Shown: positions 37,901 to 52,900 of the stretch, piece by piece | How positions within the stretch are numbered: position 1 is the stretch's first letter | Layout of the letters: every line of letters starts with the position of its first letter | Source of the DNA: Antedon mediterranea | Lineage: Eukaryota; Animalia; Echinodermata | Length of the DNA stretch: 64,000 bases | Direction: 5' to 3' | Assembly: GCF_964355755.1 (NCBI RefSeq) | Contig: NC_092680.1 | Location: forward strand, 7,626,001-7,690,000 | The notes under the pieces: model-generated | The model's database searches: none | Seen by the model: only the letters and a program-made list of their open reading frames with translations | What the model was told of the DNA's origin: nothing | Program-made: the position numbers and the translations under genes

Positions 37901-40900
37901 TAAGGATCTACAGAAAAGACCGTTTACACCAAAGATCGTACTATCTACCATCTGTCCCCGGCTGTATAATCCAGATTATCAAAACCGCGTGACTAGACTA
38001 AATGTGTCCATCAGAGACATCGCTAGAAACACTGAAAATTGCGTTGTTGTTGACAATGATGAGTCGCTTCTGTTGAGAAGCGGAGAAATCGTTCAAAGTA
38101 ATCTGAACAAGGGAGGTTTACATCTCACAAGACAAGGAACTCGCACTCTGTTGCACAGTATTAATGATGTACACACATGATCATATCCAAGCAATCGGCA
38201 AAACCAAGTAAGCAACAACCAAACAAGAAACACCAGCGACAAAAATTGATTTACAATCAAATGTATTGTAAGCTGTGTGGGATGAAAAATCATAATACAT
38301 GGCAGTGTTATTATCAACCCGGTTATGGAAATAGGCTACAACTAGACGACAACATGCATGCCTTTTCTTCTGAATGGAACCAACAGCATACGAGGAAGAC
38401 CAGCCGCTGAAATCAACATTACAATCGCGATTTCGAACCAACTAGTCGGGGTACATAGGATTTTGCCTGCAATACAGAACATTCTCACAATACAGAAAAC
38501 TATTCACTAAACAGATATACAGTTTTAATTGATGAACTTGATACGTCGGACACAGTTGCTCCTCGTCAAATTGAAGAACATAACATTAATAAGACAAACG
38601 TAAATCGGAAAAGACATCGTCGAGGAGGTAAAAAGGGTAAATCGGATTTTAATAACGTTATTGATATTAAAATCGCATTTAATAATATGAATAGACTATT
38701 AGGACAAAATTATATGAAATTTCCAATTTTTAAAATAAGAATAATATTCACATGTTTGGGGTTGCCGAAACGTTTCTTAAGAACGAAATGGTAGTTGATA
38801 TTGATAATTATCGTTGGATTGGTAAAAACAGAATTGGTAAAGGTGGGGGTGGTGTAGGTATTTATATTTCGAATAAAATTACAATTCTCGATGATAATGC
38901 TCTTGATTGTATGTCAGATAACTTTGAAAGATTATGAGTTAAGGTTAGATTTAATTTTAATAGATCTATGTATATTGCTATTTGTTATTTCCCAGTGGAA
39001 GGTTCAAATGTGGAAATTACAGATGAACTATATAATCAATTACTGTCCGAAATAATTCAAATTGAAAATCCTAATGTTGATGATGATCCATATATTTTAA
39101 TAATGGGTGATTTTAACGCAAGAATAGGTATCTATATATAATTAACGGTGACCCAACACTTAACACTTAAGGTTGCTGCATTTTAAAGATAATGCAAACA
39201 TGATAATTTTAAATTCTACAATTTTTTGTAACGGTAAAATTACATGCTTTAGAGCAAATCAAAGAACCACAATAGACTACATGTTATGTTCTAAAAATAT
39301 AATTAACTCTGTTAATGAATTACTTGTTGATGAAGAAAGAAAATATGGATTAGGTAGCGACCATAATACTATATTATTATCACTTAATATCCAACCTCAA
39401 AAACCTAACATAGTGTATCAACCAAAATCAAAATTATGGAACATTAAGAATGAACAAGATTTCACAAATTACCGTGAAAAATTGAGAGATAGTTTTATTA
39501 ATTGGAATGCCAATTCTTTTGATAACGTCAATGACCTCTGGGATTCTTGGAAAGATATTGTAATATCCGCGGCAACTGAAGCCATAGGAATTAAAGAGAT
39601 AAAGGGTAAACGAAAACCATGGTTTGATAAACAAGTAAATGAAGCTATAAAAGAAAGGAAGAAGGCTGCCAGACTTCATAGACATTATGTAAAGTCAAAA
39701 GACCAAGATGCTGGTACAAGCAATTGTCTTTGGCTTTCTTATCAACAAAAGCATATTCATGCAAAATCGTTGATTAAAGAAAAAATTCTTGAAAAGAATG
39801 TTAAACAGTCGGTTGATATTGCAAAAAAAGGAGGTCCCTCATGTAAAGATTTTTGGAAATTTCTTAGAGGATCTAAGCAAAATTGTAATAAAAATAAGGT
39901 TGATTGTATCAGGGTTCCTGGGTCAAATGAGGTTATATCAGACAGGAAGATGATGAACCAAACCATAAAACAATATTGGGAAACATTAGGTAAAATGAAT
40001 ATAAATATGAATGATAGTAGCTCTTTTATAACGAATAAGTTTGTTGAACAAATTCGACATGATAGACTTGATCAACCAAGAAACAACAATGATAACTGTA
40101 TATATGATATAGAAATTAATTTTGATATTGTGGCCGAGGCAATCTCACTTGCCAAAAATAATAAAGCTCCAGGAACCGACTATATTACAAACGAATTGTT
40201 AAAGAATGGTGGTGAAATACTGCATCATTCTATTTTAGAGTTATTTAATAGAATTATTCATCTCGAAGCTATTCCAAATGAATGGAATGTTAGTATTATA
40301 ATACCAATTTTTAAGAAAGGTAATCGGAAAGATATTAATAATTATAGAGGAATTTCCCTGACATCATGTGTTTCAAAGATTTTTAATAGAATTATTGCCC
40401 AGAACATTTCTTGTTATCTTGAGAATAATGTCTTATCGGAAGTCCAGGGTGGCTTTAGACAAGAACATAGATGCGAAGATCACATCTTTACATTAAAAAG
40501 CGTTATCGCGTGCAGACAATTTTTATTTTATATCTAGCGGACCAATTTTCACAAGTTTGGAAATTGCAATTTAATTATGAAAAGTCCAATGTCATGGTTA
40601 TTGGCAAGCATACTGATAAAATTAAATTTTGAAATTAGGTAACCATGGTATTTCAGAAGTAGATCACTATAAATATTTGGGCGTATATATATCTCGTAAC
40701 CTTAATGATCACTTTCATATTGATAATGTAATTAAGAAAGGGAATCGCCTTATTGCGTATATAAAATCCATTATTGACAATTGTAATAACTTAAATCTAG
40801 TATACAGTATTATGGTAATATCTTGTGGAAAGCAATCGCTCTTCCTTCAATTAACTATATGCATGTTCTGTGTGGTGCGGTAGTAGTTGCGATACCGATA

Positions 40901-43900
40901 AACTTTAACGGTTGCAACTTCAAATGGCCCGATGCATTTTGAAAGCATCTCGTAATACTCCACGAACAGCATTATACGGTGATCTTGGCTGGATACCTAT
41001 ATCAGACTTACAAAATAATTTCAGAATTAATTTCATAGATCGAGTTTTAAAGATGGAAAAAAGTCGATGGCCGAGGTTATTACTTGATTCTTTAATTGCC
41101 TTCAATTGTGATTTTAATGACTTCAATTATAAGATTCTAAGCTGTATAGAAAATTTAGTGAAGCTTCAATTCAAAATTGGAGTGAAGAAGTAACCAGTAA
41201 GTCTTTACTTAGTGATTATATTACATTAAAAACAATTCCTAATCTTGAGAATTACTTGTTAGATAATACGGACTTTGAGGGGGTAAATCTTAAGTTTAAA
41301 TTACGATCAAATACTCTCCTGCTTGAAGGTAGAATATGTAATTGGACACCAGAATGTAATGGTTTGTGTAAACTTTGTAGTGATAATTGTAAAGAAAATA
41401 TCAGACACTTTTTATTTGAATGTCCTGCGTTCAATGAGATACTGTAAGGACCGATGAAAATACAAAGTTAAAGACCCCTTCCCTGCAATTTTGGACGTTT
41501 TTTTGGAAAATAATACATATATATCACTTTAAAAACATTAAACCATGTCATTCCTTGTCTTAAATGTACGTTTTATGGTAAATTATGATAAAAAGTGAGA
41601 AACAATGCACTACCTAACTAGCTCGCGGCGATCGACCTCTCGTGGACGGTCTTAGGCCTAGCCTAGCTAGGCTTAGTTTTGTAGGCCTAGCTGGTAAACA
41701 TCGATAACGTACGAACATCGTACGCTAGCTATATACCTAGCCTGACGTTGTATAGTTGCTGCATTAATTGTCTTTCTATTTTTGCCAGACTCCGTTGATA
41801 CAAATTGGTGAAAACCCGGTATTTTCGCTGAAAAGTTAGGAGTCTTCCATTTGTTTTGGCCTCACGATCGATCGAAAAGTGGGCGAATTACAGGTGAAAA
41901 ACAAAAATATCAATCTGCACGCAATGCATTTTGGGATTTATAGCGGGCCGCTATAATTATTAGAATCGATTTATTTTTCACATTTTTAACCGTTTAAAGA
42001 CGAAAAAAGTTATCGCAATAGGACCATATAGTATTATTTTTACATTAAATATAGTTTGTGATCTTAAATTAGATCTAAAAAACGTAGGGAAGGGGGCTTT
42101 AAAGTTACAACTGCAATCATTTGATTATAATGAAATTTGGGAGTTATTCATTAATGGGAACACTGATGTTAAATTACATCTTACTCTGGGAAGTGATAAT
42201 TATCTCTTCAGAAAGGAAGTTATGAATATTCTTGATAGGTTTTGTAAAGCATATGTTAAAAGATTATGGAAAAACCGCTCTCAATTAATTAATCCAAAAA
42301 ATAGATAAATTAAGAGGCGCCTGGTTCTGTATTGCAGTGTCATTTTGTAATATTAGTAAAATTAGGTTTAGTTTTTTAGATAACTAATTATTTAAAAGTG
42401 TCTGTTAATTGTTTTCGTCATAATAATTCTTTTACTTTTGCCTAGTTATATTTGTATAAACAGTTACTGTAAATACAATAGTATGCATATTAACAGTTAT
42501 GGTCTAAGTGGTTGCATAAATAATTATACTGGTTCTAATCTAATTTTCTGTTTGTTAACTGGTTATTATATTTTTCCTATTGTAATTATGGAGGAAAAAA
42601 TGTTGTTTTATTCATATTTCCGTCATGTTGTAAGTAAGGTGGGTTTTGTAGATTAAGAGTAATCATGTACTGTATTTAAATTATATGTTGTACTTGTTAT
42701 TTTTAGAGAAGAGGAGGGAGGGGAATGAATGGGTTTTATTACATGTTACCGTATGTAGTTTAAGTAAGAACACCTATGTTTTTTGTCTATTTTGTGCTTT
42801 CTTATATATATTTTTTGTTGGACGCACCTTCAAAATGTAAAGTGTGCCACTATTACAAAAGTGAAGTTCCGAAGTAAATTATATTATATTATGTCTAATT
42901 CACAAAAAAAAAATGGATTTATTAGTTATCCACATTCAGCGGATAACTCCTTGTAACTGTCCTGTTTCATCATCTTTTTTTTTTCTGTATTATTCTTCTT
43001 TCTTTCTGTCATTTTTGTGCAGAGCGATCTCTAAAACGTGTAGAGAAAAAAAATCATTTTATTGTTTTGTAGATGTACATATGTGAGGTGATTATGGAGG
43101 AAGAAGGTGTTTATGGAGGTGAGTGGTTATTAATGTTGATACAAAGACTTACCATGTTCTATTGTAATTCTATGTTCTATCCATATTCAGTTAATATAAG
43201 TTGATTAATAAAAAATATCAATAAACATATTGTATTTTTTTAGATTTTATTACCATTTGTAGATGCTAGTTTTCAATTTTAATTGGACAATATTTTTCTG
43301 AATTAAGATATTGATTAAAACAAAATAATGACAGCAACTATAGACTATATACTATATACAATTTTGACCTAAAAGTGCTATCACTAGATATTGATGGACT
43401 ATATTGATATTGTTGTTTTAAAATTATTCTATGGCCTAAACAACAATATCAATATAGTTCATCAATATCTAGTGTGATAAGCACTTTTAGGTCAAAATGT
43501 TATATAGTCTATAGTTGCTGACATTATTTTGTTTTATATCAATATATTGATAGTGTTGTTTAGGCCATAGATTAATGCAAAACAAGCTTAAGAATGTGTT
43601 ATAAACAATTTAAAAATGATACCGATTGTAAAATATTTACTATGAAATTACTCAGTACCATATGCATATACTGTATATTTATATATGGACTGGTTCAAAA
43701 ATGTTGTACCGATATTGATATTGTATGAAGAACAAATGTATATATATATAAAAAAAAGAGACAATAAAAATGGGTTACTCCCATTGAAAGGGAAAAAAAA
43801 GGGCTTAGGCTATTTGGTGCCTCACTTACATGGATAAACCAAAAATTGCCTATACTCCTTGAAGGGAGAGAGAGACATCTTGAACATTCCTATATATAAA

Positions 43901-46900
43901 TGGTACAGTCCACAAACCACTACTGCAAAGTCCAGGAGTTACTGGGTCTCTATCCAGATTGTTACCTATAAGCATTATTTGTGTAAAAAGCATTGGTTTA
44001 AAACATAAACACATTTTGCTGAAAAAAAGTTCATCAATTCAATTTATTTCATTTCAGATGTTACGTTTGAGGAATGCAAGCTGGGACTTATTCCATTAGA
44101 CAATGACATTCTATCCTTAGAACTTCCAGAATTTTTCAAATCCTTTTATCTGGTATGTTCTCTTAAATTTTTATTTGGAACTGAATTTCCGGAATTATTA
44201 TAAAATTATTATTTCTAAGAGAAATATTTGCATGCCATCATAAAAAAAAACTTAGACAAAGAAGAAGATAATAACAGCACATCAACAGGGTATCATTTAA
44301 AATACAGAGAGTAAATTAATACAATTTTAAACCTGGTAATAGCCACATAATTTGAATATTAAAACACTATTACTTTTTATGTTCTTTTTCTCTTTATTTA
44401 TGTCTGTATATGTTATTGTAAACTCAAATTTATGTATACCCAGTTGAAACGTGGCATTTAGTAATCTTATCTTAATTTTCATTTGAATAAAAAGCCCATA
44501 GTTGGCATTATGGTAGTAATTAAGTTGACCTAAAAATATTATAATTTGTGTTTAATACAGCATGGGGATCAGAGCTGGATAAGTCCAATTGTTAATTCAT
44601 TGATTAACCTTCAAGTTATATTCCACAAAATTCCCAATATATCCAGCCAAGGACGATGCGCAAAAGTGAGTAAAACTAATTTGTGTTAATAGTTCTTCCT
44701 TTAACAGCTTTGATTTGCACTTGCAATTTGTAATTGTCTAAAATTTTAGTTTAAATGATGTAAAATTTACCTAGGTGAAGAACAAATTTATTGTTTGATG
44801 ACATTTTGTTGCATTTTTGTTAATCTATGAAAAAGAAGTGTAAATAAAATGCTATTGAATAGGCTATTTTAATGTTACATAATATTACATAATGTTACAT
44901 AATAGTTATTCACTCTGACCAAAAATTGGATGGACAAACATAAATTATACCTGATAAAAAAACTCAAACATTTAACATAATTTGAAAAAAAAAAGCCAAA
45001 TTTAAAAAAGAAATATACATATAGACTTACTCTCACTCGCTCAATCTTTTCATCTTAACGTGTCTTCCTCTTCTGTGCTTGACATTAAAACTGCCCTTAA
45101 GATGTAACCTATAAGTTATTACACTTATATTAATTATTATAACTAGATGGTACGCTCGCTTCGCTCGCGTACCATCTAGGTCGTGCCCACAGATGGTTCT
45201 CGAATACACAGTAATTTCAGCGTAAAAAAATGCTTTTTTTAATGTACGTACTGCAGGACAATAATAGTTATTATTGTTTACAGAAACGAATAAATAGACA
45301 CGATGATTTATGTATTAAACTGAAATTAGCACACTGGGAATTACTTCCGAAAGAGAAACTTTTCAAAAAATGAGTCCAAATTTGTTATTTGGACTCATTT
45401 AAACAAACCCAATTTGTGTTTTGTGTGTAACATTAGTTTTGAGGGATGGGGAAGAGGATATGGGTACAAAGAAGAACAATGTTTTAATATATTATTTATC
45501 TACTCAGTAACGAAATATGTTTTTCACTTTGATAGGCCTATAAAGAATATACCACTTGATACAGTAACACATTTGCGATTTAATACTTTGTTAAAACTGT
45601 CACTGTTATAGTCCATTGAAATAGCATGTACATGTAACGATACACGTACCACTACAACGTTTATATTCTTTGTAATTATTAATTAATACAAACGTTGAGA
45701 AGCAACTGTCAGTAGTACAGTTTATTTGTATATTGTACGTTTTATATAACAGTAGGGCCTACTCACAGGCCTATAAATAATATACCACTTGATACAGTAA
45801 CACATTTGCGACTTAATACTTTGTTAAAACTGTCACTGTCATAGTCGATTGAAATAGCATAGTACATGTAACGATACACGTACCACTACAACGTTTATAT
45901 TCTTTGTAATTATTAATTAATACAAACGTTGAAAAGCAACTGTCAGTACTACAGTTTATTTGTATATTGTACGTTCTATATAACAGTAGGGCCTACACTC
46001 ACAGTAATACGTTTATTTGTACATGATTGTGTTATACATCTAACAGTACCCACACTCACAGTAAATTCAATGGCGACCACAAATGTTAATACGTATTTAC
46101 AGTAATGTCCTTCTCTTTGCCTATACGTTTATTTTGTTCTCCGTGTCAGTTTGTTTTATAAGTTTAATCATTATGAATACACTGTCTAAGACAAACGTAA
46201 AGTATCAATTGATGCTAGATAGCCACTGTACAACAAACCAAAACTTTAAACGCATGCGTCTACAGAAATCATAATCTTGATATATAATGTTGTTTTATAG
46301 TGTCTTGATTATGACTGAGCCAATATAATTCCTAGGGATAATAAAGTATTGTATTCAATTTTATTTGATTCCCTGTTTGTTTGAGAAGAGAGTAATAACC
46401 AGTTAAACAATCGCTAATCGATAATTATCATATTTTATATTATATACAATCAATTATTAAACACTAGATGGTACGCTCGCTTCGCTCGCATACCATCTAG
46501 GTCGTGCCCACAGATGGTTCTCGAATACACAGTAATTTCAGCGTAAAAAATGCTTTTTTTAATGTACGTACTGCAGGACGATAATAGTTATTATTGTTTA
46601 CAGAAACGAATAAATAGACACGATGATTTATGTATTAAACTGAAATTAGCACACTGGAAATTACTTCCGAAAGAGAAACTTGTCACAAAATGAGTACAGT
46701 AACACATTTGCGACTTAATACTTTTTTAAAACTGTCACTGTCATAGTCGATTGAAATAGCATAGTACATGTAACGATACACGTACCACTACAACGTTTAT
46801 ATTCTTTGTAATTATTAATTAATACAAACGTTGAGAAGCAACTGTCAGTACTACAGTTTATTTGTATATTGTACGTTCTATATAACAGTAGGGCCTACAC

Positions 46901-49900
46901 TCACAGTAATACGTTTATTTGTACATGATTGTGTTATACATCTAACAGTACCCACACTCACAGTAAATTCAATGGCGACCACAAATGTTAATACGTATTT
47001 ACAGTAATGTCCAAGTATTGCAATACTTATCTATATGGTTTTAGGTTAATTCTCCAAGGGCCAATAAATTTACCTACAGTTGGTGGTACTTGTGTTAAAG
47101 CAAAGAGTTATTATTGGAATGTTCCATTCATCGGAAATCAATACATTTGTATAAATGTATATTAAATCTATCAAAATAGTATGTTTTTAAGAAAATAGGT
47201 CTGTCTTCAACATTATGATGCTGTACTCGAGCTGTTCAACCGGTTTTCATCCATTAAAAACAATTATCGTAGGAGGAGATAGGAAAATGCGAAGCATCCT
47301 CGTATTATTGTATGCGGGTATTTTTCAAGATAGACATGCATTGGACAGTGTATACCACGATCGGAAAACACCCCTATTTGGGGCAAATCGTTGAACAATC
47401 TATATATAAATTTACGTAAGGGCAAAATTCGTTAAATCGCGCCTTACTTCTAGAATTTTTACTCGATGGTATATAAAGTTGTTTCGTACTTTCGGTACTG
47501 ATTTTAACCACCTGATGTAACCCTGTTTACTAATTAAATTAAGTTAGATAATTAGTTATTGACCATTAAAACTAATTTAGGTTCAACGATTTGCCCCAAA
47601 TAGGGGTGTTTTCCGATCGTGGTATACACTGTCTAATGGATGTCCATCTTGAAATATACCCGCCACAAAAATGCGAGGAGGCTTCGCAATTTCCTATCTC
47701 CTACGATAATTGTTTTTAATAGCTGAAAACCGGTTGAACAGCTAGAGTACAGCATCATAATGTTGAAGACAGGCCGATTTTCTTAAAAAAATACTATTTT
47801 GATAGATTTAATATACGATTATACAAATGTATTGATTTGCGAAGAATGGAACATCCCAATCTCTCAGTCTGCCAGAGTTTGGTTTAACACAAGTAGGTGA
47901 ATTTATGAGCCCTTGGTTTAACACATACAGTAGGTAAATATATGGACCCTTTGAGAATAAACTTACAATACTTTGACAATACTGTAAATACCTATTAACT
48001 ATTTTTGGTCCTCATTTGAATCGAACATTTCTTACTGTGAATGTTCGTACTGTTAGATGTAATATAAAAATATATACAAATAAACTTTATTACTGAGATT
48101 GTGGATAGGCTCTACTGTTAGATATATAAACACATCATTATATACAAATAAACTTTATACTGACAGTTCCTCCTCAACGTTTGTATTAATTAATAATTAC
48201 CAAAAATATAAACGTCGTAGTGGTGTATTGTGACATGTACTTAAATATTTCAATCGATTATGACAGTGACAGTATTAACAAAGTATTAAATCGCAAACGT
48301 TTTACTGTATTTAGAGGTATATTATTTATAGGCCTATAAAACATGAAAAAAATATTTCGTTACTGCGTGGATAAAGAATATATTTAAAAATTGTTCCTCT
48401 TTGTACCTATCCGCTTTCCCATCCCTCAACCCTAATGTTACATACAAAACACAAATTGGGTTTCTTTAAATGAGTCCAAATAAAAAATTTAGACTCATTT
48501 TGTGATAAGTTTCTCCTTCGGAAGTAATTCCCAGGGTGCTAATTTTAGTTGACTACATAAATCATCGTGTCTATTTATTCGTTTCTGTAAACGCCAATGT
48601 ATTATAGTCCTGTGGGACGTACATTTGAAATCGCCAGTTTTGTTACGCTGAAATTACTGTGTATTCGAGAACACCATCTGTGGGCACGACCTAGATGGTA
48701 CGCGAGCGAAGCGAGCGTACCATCTAGTAACAATAAATCATAATAACAATAATTACTATAATTAAAAAAATAATAACTACAACAGTAGTAATAACTATAA
48801 TTTTTATGTGTTTAAATTTTTAATGTAAATATGTATAATTATGTTTGTATGATGTAGTATATTTAAGCGGATATTAGCCCTTGATGGCATTTGCAGCAAT
48901 AGAGAAATTGAATTGAATTGAATTGGTTAAAAACATGCATAAAAACTTGTTAAAACTTGCTAAAAACAGTACAATTACAATACAAATATATGTAACATTA
49001 TACGATAAAAGAAGTGAAAAAACAAAAAGAAAAAAAAAAAAATGATAATAATATAATAACAGTATTTGTAACGCGCCTATTCCAGCAGTAAGTGATCAAA
49101 GGCGCGGTGTATGAGAGAGCTCAATCTGAAAGAAAAAGATGAATTTTCAAGGCAGATTTAAAGGCGAGAGTAGACGAACATGATCTAGTAGGTCATTCCA
49201 TAAGCGAGAGGCAGCAGAAGTGAAGGTGCTTAGCCATACGTTTTAGAAAAAAATGTAATTGACCTAAGCATGGATGGTTACTTAAACTTGCTGCCATCTT
49301 CATTTCTTTGTACAGGCCTTTGAAAAAAACTTATATAAAAACTTGTTTTGAATGTTTGACCATTACCTATATGGCTTGACCCATTTCAGATGGTATTGGA
49401 AATGACTAAAACTATAGAGAATTTACAAGGAGGTGTGCTTGGGGATCCTGACCACCAGATTGGTCATCTGTTTTTGATTGATAGAGAAGTAGATATGGTA
49501 ACTCCGCTCTGCACGCAGACAACGTATGAGGGTCTCGTAGACGAAACGTTTGGAATCAATTGTGGTATGTTAATGGATTTAAAATAGCTAGCTTGTCTTG
49601 ATATTAGAGAAGCAGTGTGGTGATGTGAGACTCCGTTTTCTGACTTCTTTTCTGTTGTCTTGGTCAATTTGTTCAGTTTATTAGGCTTTTTCCTGGTTTA
49701 TTTAACAATAACACTTTCTTTGTTTTTACACGTGTGTTAACATCACACAGAGACTATTTGTATTTTTCTCTATACAAATTTAAAACCATTAACCATGATG
49801 AGGTTTGCCAAACCTAAAAAAAACAATTGTCAAACCATAATTTAAAAGGACAAAAAATACATGATGAAAAAATAACATGATGAAAAATACAAAACTAAAA

Positions 49901-52900
49901 AGTCAACCAGATGTGTTTTGAAAATCATATCAAATGATATATAGTTCTGCACTTAATATTTTAGAGTAAGGTATGCAATTATTTTAACGATTGTATCTAT
50001 TTTATATAATATTATCATTATACAGTAAGCATTGAGAAGTGTATATCTGTTTTAAAAAATGATTTTGTTTGATAAGTAGAGAATGCATATTCAATAATAA
50101 TCCCAGTGGCGTAATGCAGAGACCTGAGACCCCTGGTTTAGGAAACTTAAGTGGCCCCCCCCCCCCCTTTTCGGCATATTTTATTGCCTGTTTTTTCCTC
50201 TGGGCACTGCTCATGGGCCCTATAGGCTCTGGGGCCCCTGGGTTTAACCAGTGTGAGAGCTCACCACTGGTGGGTGAGTGGCCGAGCGGTTAAGACAGTG
50301 GAACCGTAATCACGTAGCCATAACATCGGCAGGGGTTCGAGGCTCACTCACTCCATGGTTCTGGTGGTAGAACGAGTCTTCTCGGATAAGGACTATAAAC
50401 CGTAGGTCCAGTGTACACAACTTGCTCGTGTGCACTTTAAAGAACCTAGTACATCTTTCGAGACGAGTAGGGCGTTACCCCGGTGTATTAGTACATCACA
50501 GCCACTGATCACCAACTGGGCCCTCTGGGAGATCAGTCTTTGACTGAAGAGGTCACCCAGTATAAAGATAAAACAAACAAAAAACATAACCTTTTATTGC
50601 ATTTTATGAAGTGTACATTAAATTTCATACAACTACACTATAGAATTTATCCATTATTATTTATATTGTGTAAATTTATATCATATCTATATATTTAATT
50701 GTTAGTTTTATCGGATTTTAGGATATTGTGAGTTTGGAAAAGACGTCACAGGGACGGATAAAAATATAAAGCTTTTATTGAATTATGAAGATGACGTAAG
50801 TATTTACAAGTTACAAATGTTTATGAGGTCACTAGTGCAATTGATCTTACTTTAATTACTTTTGTATCTTTGTCTTTTTCCTATTCAAAAATTGATCTGC
50901 TGGAGTATTTAAAATTTTTTTTTTATTTCTTTCAGGTATTTGAAGAAATAAGAAACCGCCATATAACAAATGTGTTTTCATTCCTCAAGGCCCAAGCACA
51001 ACATGTGCAAAGTGGTTATATGGTGAGCAAAGTAAACCTCATTAGAGGTTGTTAATGTTGTGGGGGGTGGGGGTGGAGGAATGATATGACAATATATATA
51101 TATATAGCACTGGTATGTTGCGATTAAGCTGTATTTTATATTACTATTTTTATTCAATTCAATGAAAACTTGCACATAGCAATCAAAAGCTGAATTGAAG
51201 TAATTGTACAGATCATAAAGCACATAGTAGTAAAAACCATAACAATATGTATACAATAAAACTAAAATTCAAAATGTTGCAAAGCCAATACTGAATCAAT
51301 CTTCAAGAATAGTAGTGAAAACCAACCCATCTAATAAACCAGTCAACAACAAACAATGCACTTAGTCTACTGTGAGGTATCCTTGTTTAATTAATGACAG
51401 AATTAAGACAAGATTTTGAAAATATTTGTTACCTTTCATATAATAAAATGTTGTATTAATAATGTACTGTGTTTGTAACATTCACATAATAATCATCATG
51501 TTGACACCAATTAAGTCAAATTAGCAATGTTGAATAATAATATAATAATAATATGTGGAATTGTCAATGTATCTTATTATTTTTATAGAAAGGTAAAAAT
51601 ATTACTCAGATTGGTCAGATGAAGGATTTTGTGAGTAATGAACTGAAAGACCTAAAACAACAGTCTAAATCATTAACAATTCGTAAGTATTTTTTAAACA
51701 TTTCTGTGTACCAGATTACTCACTAATTGTGTCCAAAGAGTTTATATAGATTAGCTAGAGGGCACACTTCAATTTTATCGCAGTTCAAAAGGTGATTCTT
51801 CATGGAAAGAAAAGATGATGACTTCAATCGACCATTTGATACGCTAGTTACATCAACGTAAAGCTCTGTCTACAGTATCAAACTTTAAAAATGTGCCCAT
51901 ATATGGACATGATGATGTCATATCTCTATCTATTTTGAAAATATCACTACCATATTTAGGCAAATCACACTTTTTTTTGTCAAACTAGTTTGATAATTAA
52001 ATAGTAGACAGAGCTTAAGAACGTATCTAAATGATATGATAGGTAATTTATTGAATAAATCATTTAATTATTAAATCAGATATTGGAGCAAGTGAGAAGA
52101 TTTTACAGCAGACAACAAACGAACCAGATTCCAAGGAACATCTGCAAACTGAACATGGTAAGGTATTAAAGGGAGTTTGGATTCGGTGAAATATCTTCAA
52201 AATTGAACTGGCAAAAGTACCAAAATGAGGCTTCAATAAGGTGTCCTACTGCCACCTCTTTACACACTTAGCACACCAACTTTTTTTATTAGCCTACCTA
52301 AAGAGGTCGTAATGAGCATTCTCTAAACGAGCACTTTCTTATTACTATTCTCATTTTATACAAATTGATGGTCATAATATGAGTTCATTCACTGTTCTCA
52401 AGGATGACAACCCTGTTTCATACAAATTCCCTACATAAACATCTTATTGCAAGAGTGGAGTTATTTTCTGTTATGAAAACAAATCATGGCATCTGATTTG
52501 AACCAGGACCCTGGAATGGGTGCCAAGCTACAATTCCACTTCCCAAGCTACAAGTTTGCTTTACATATGCTTATCATCTCTAAAGCTCTGTCTACACTAT
52601 CAAACTTTATGTGACAATAAAATGTGAAGCGCCCATATATGGAAATGATGCCCATATTTGGCACATTACACTTTTTTTGTCAAACTAGTTTGATAGTGTA
52701 GACAGAGCTTAACTAGGCAAATATTTGAGTGTCTAGAAAACTCAGATCTAGAAAACTCAGATCTCAGATATATCTGAGATTCTAGATCTAGAAAACTCAG
52801 ATATTTGAGTTTTCTAGATCTAGAAATCTTAGATATATCTGAGATCTGAGTTTTCTAGATCTGAGTTTTCTAGACACCCCGAATATTTGCATAAATCAAA

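Noticed and set aside
50540-50575. CTGAAGAG as a possible hammerhead core in the SINE tail
   Set aside because: No stem II followed by GAAA.
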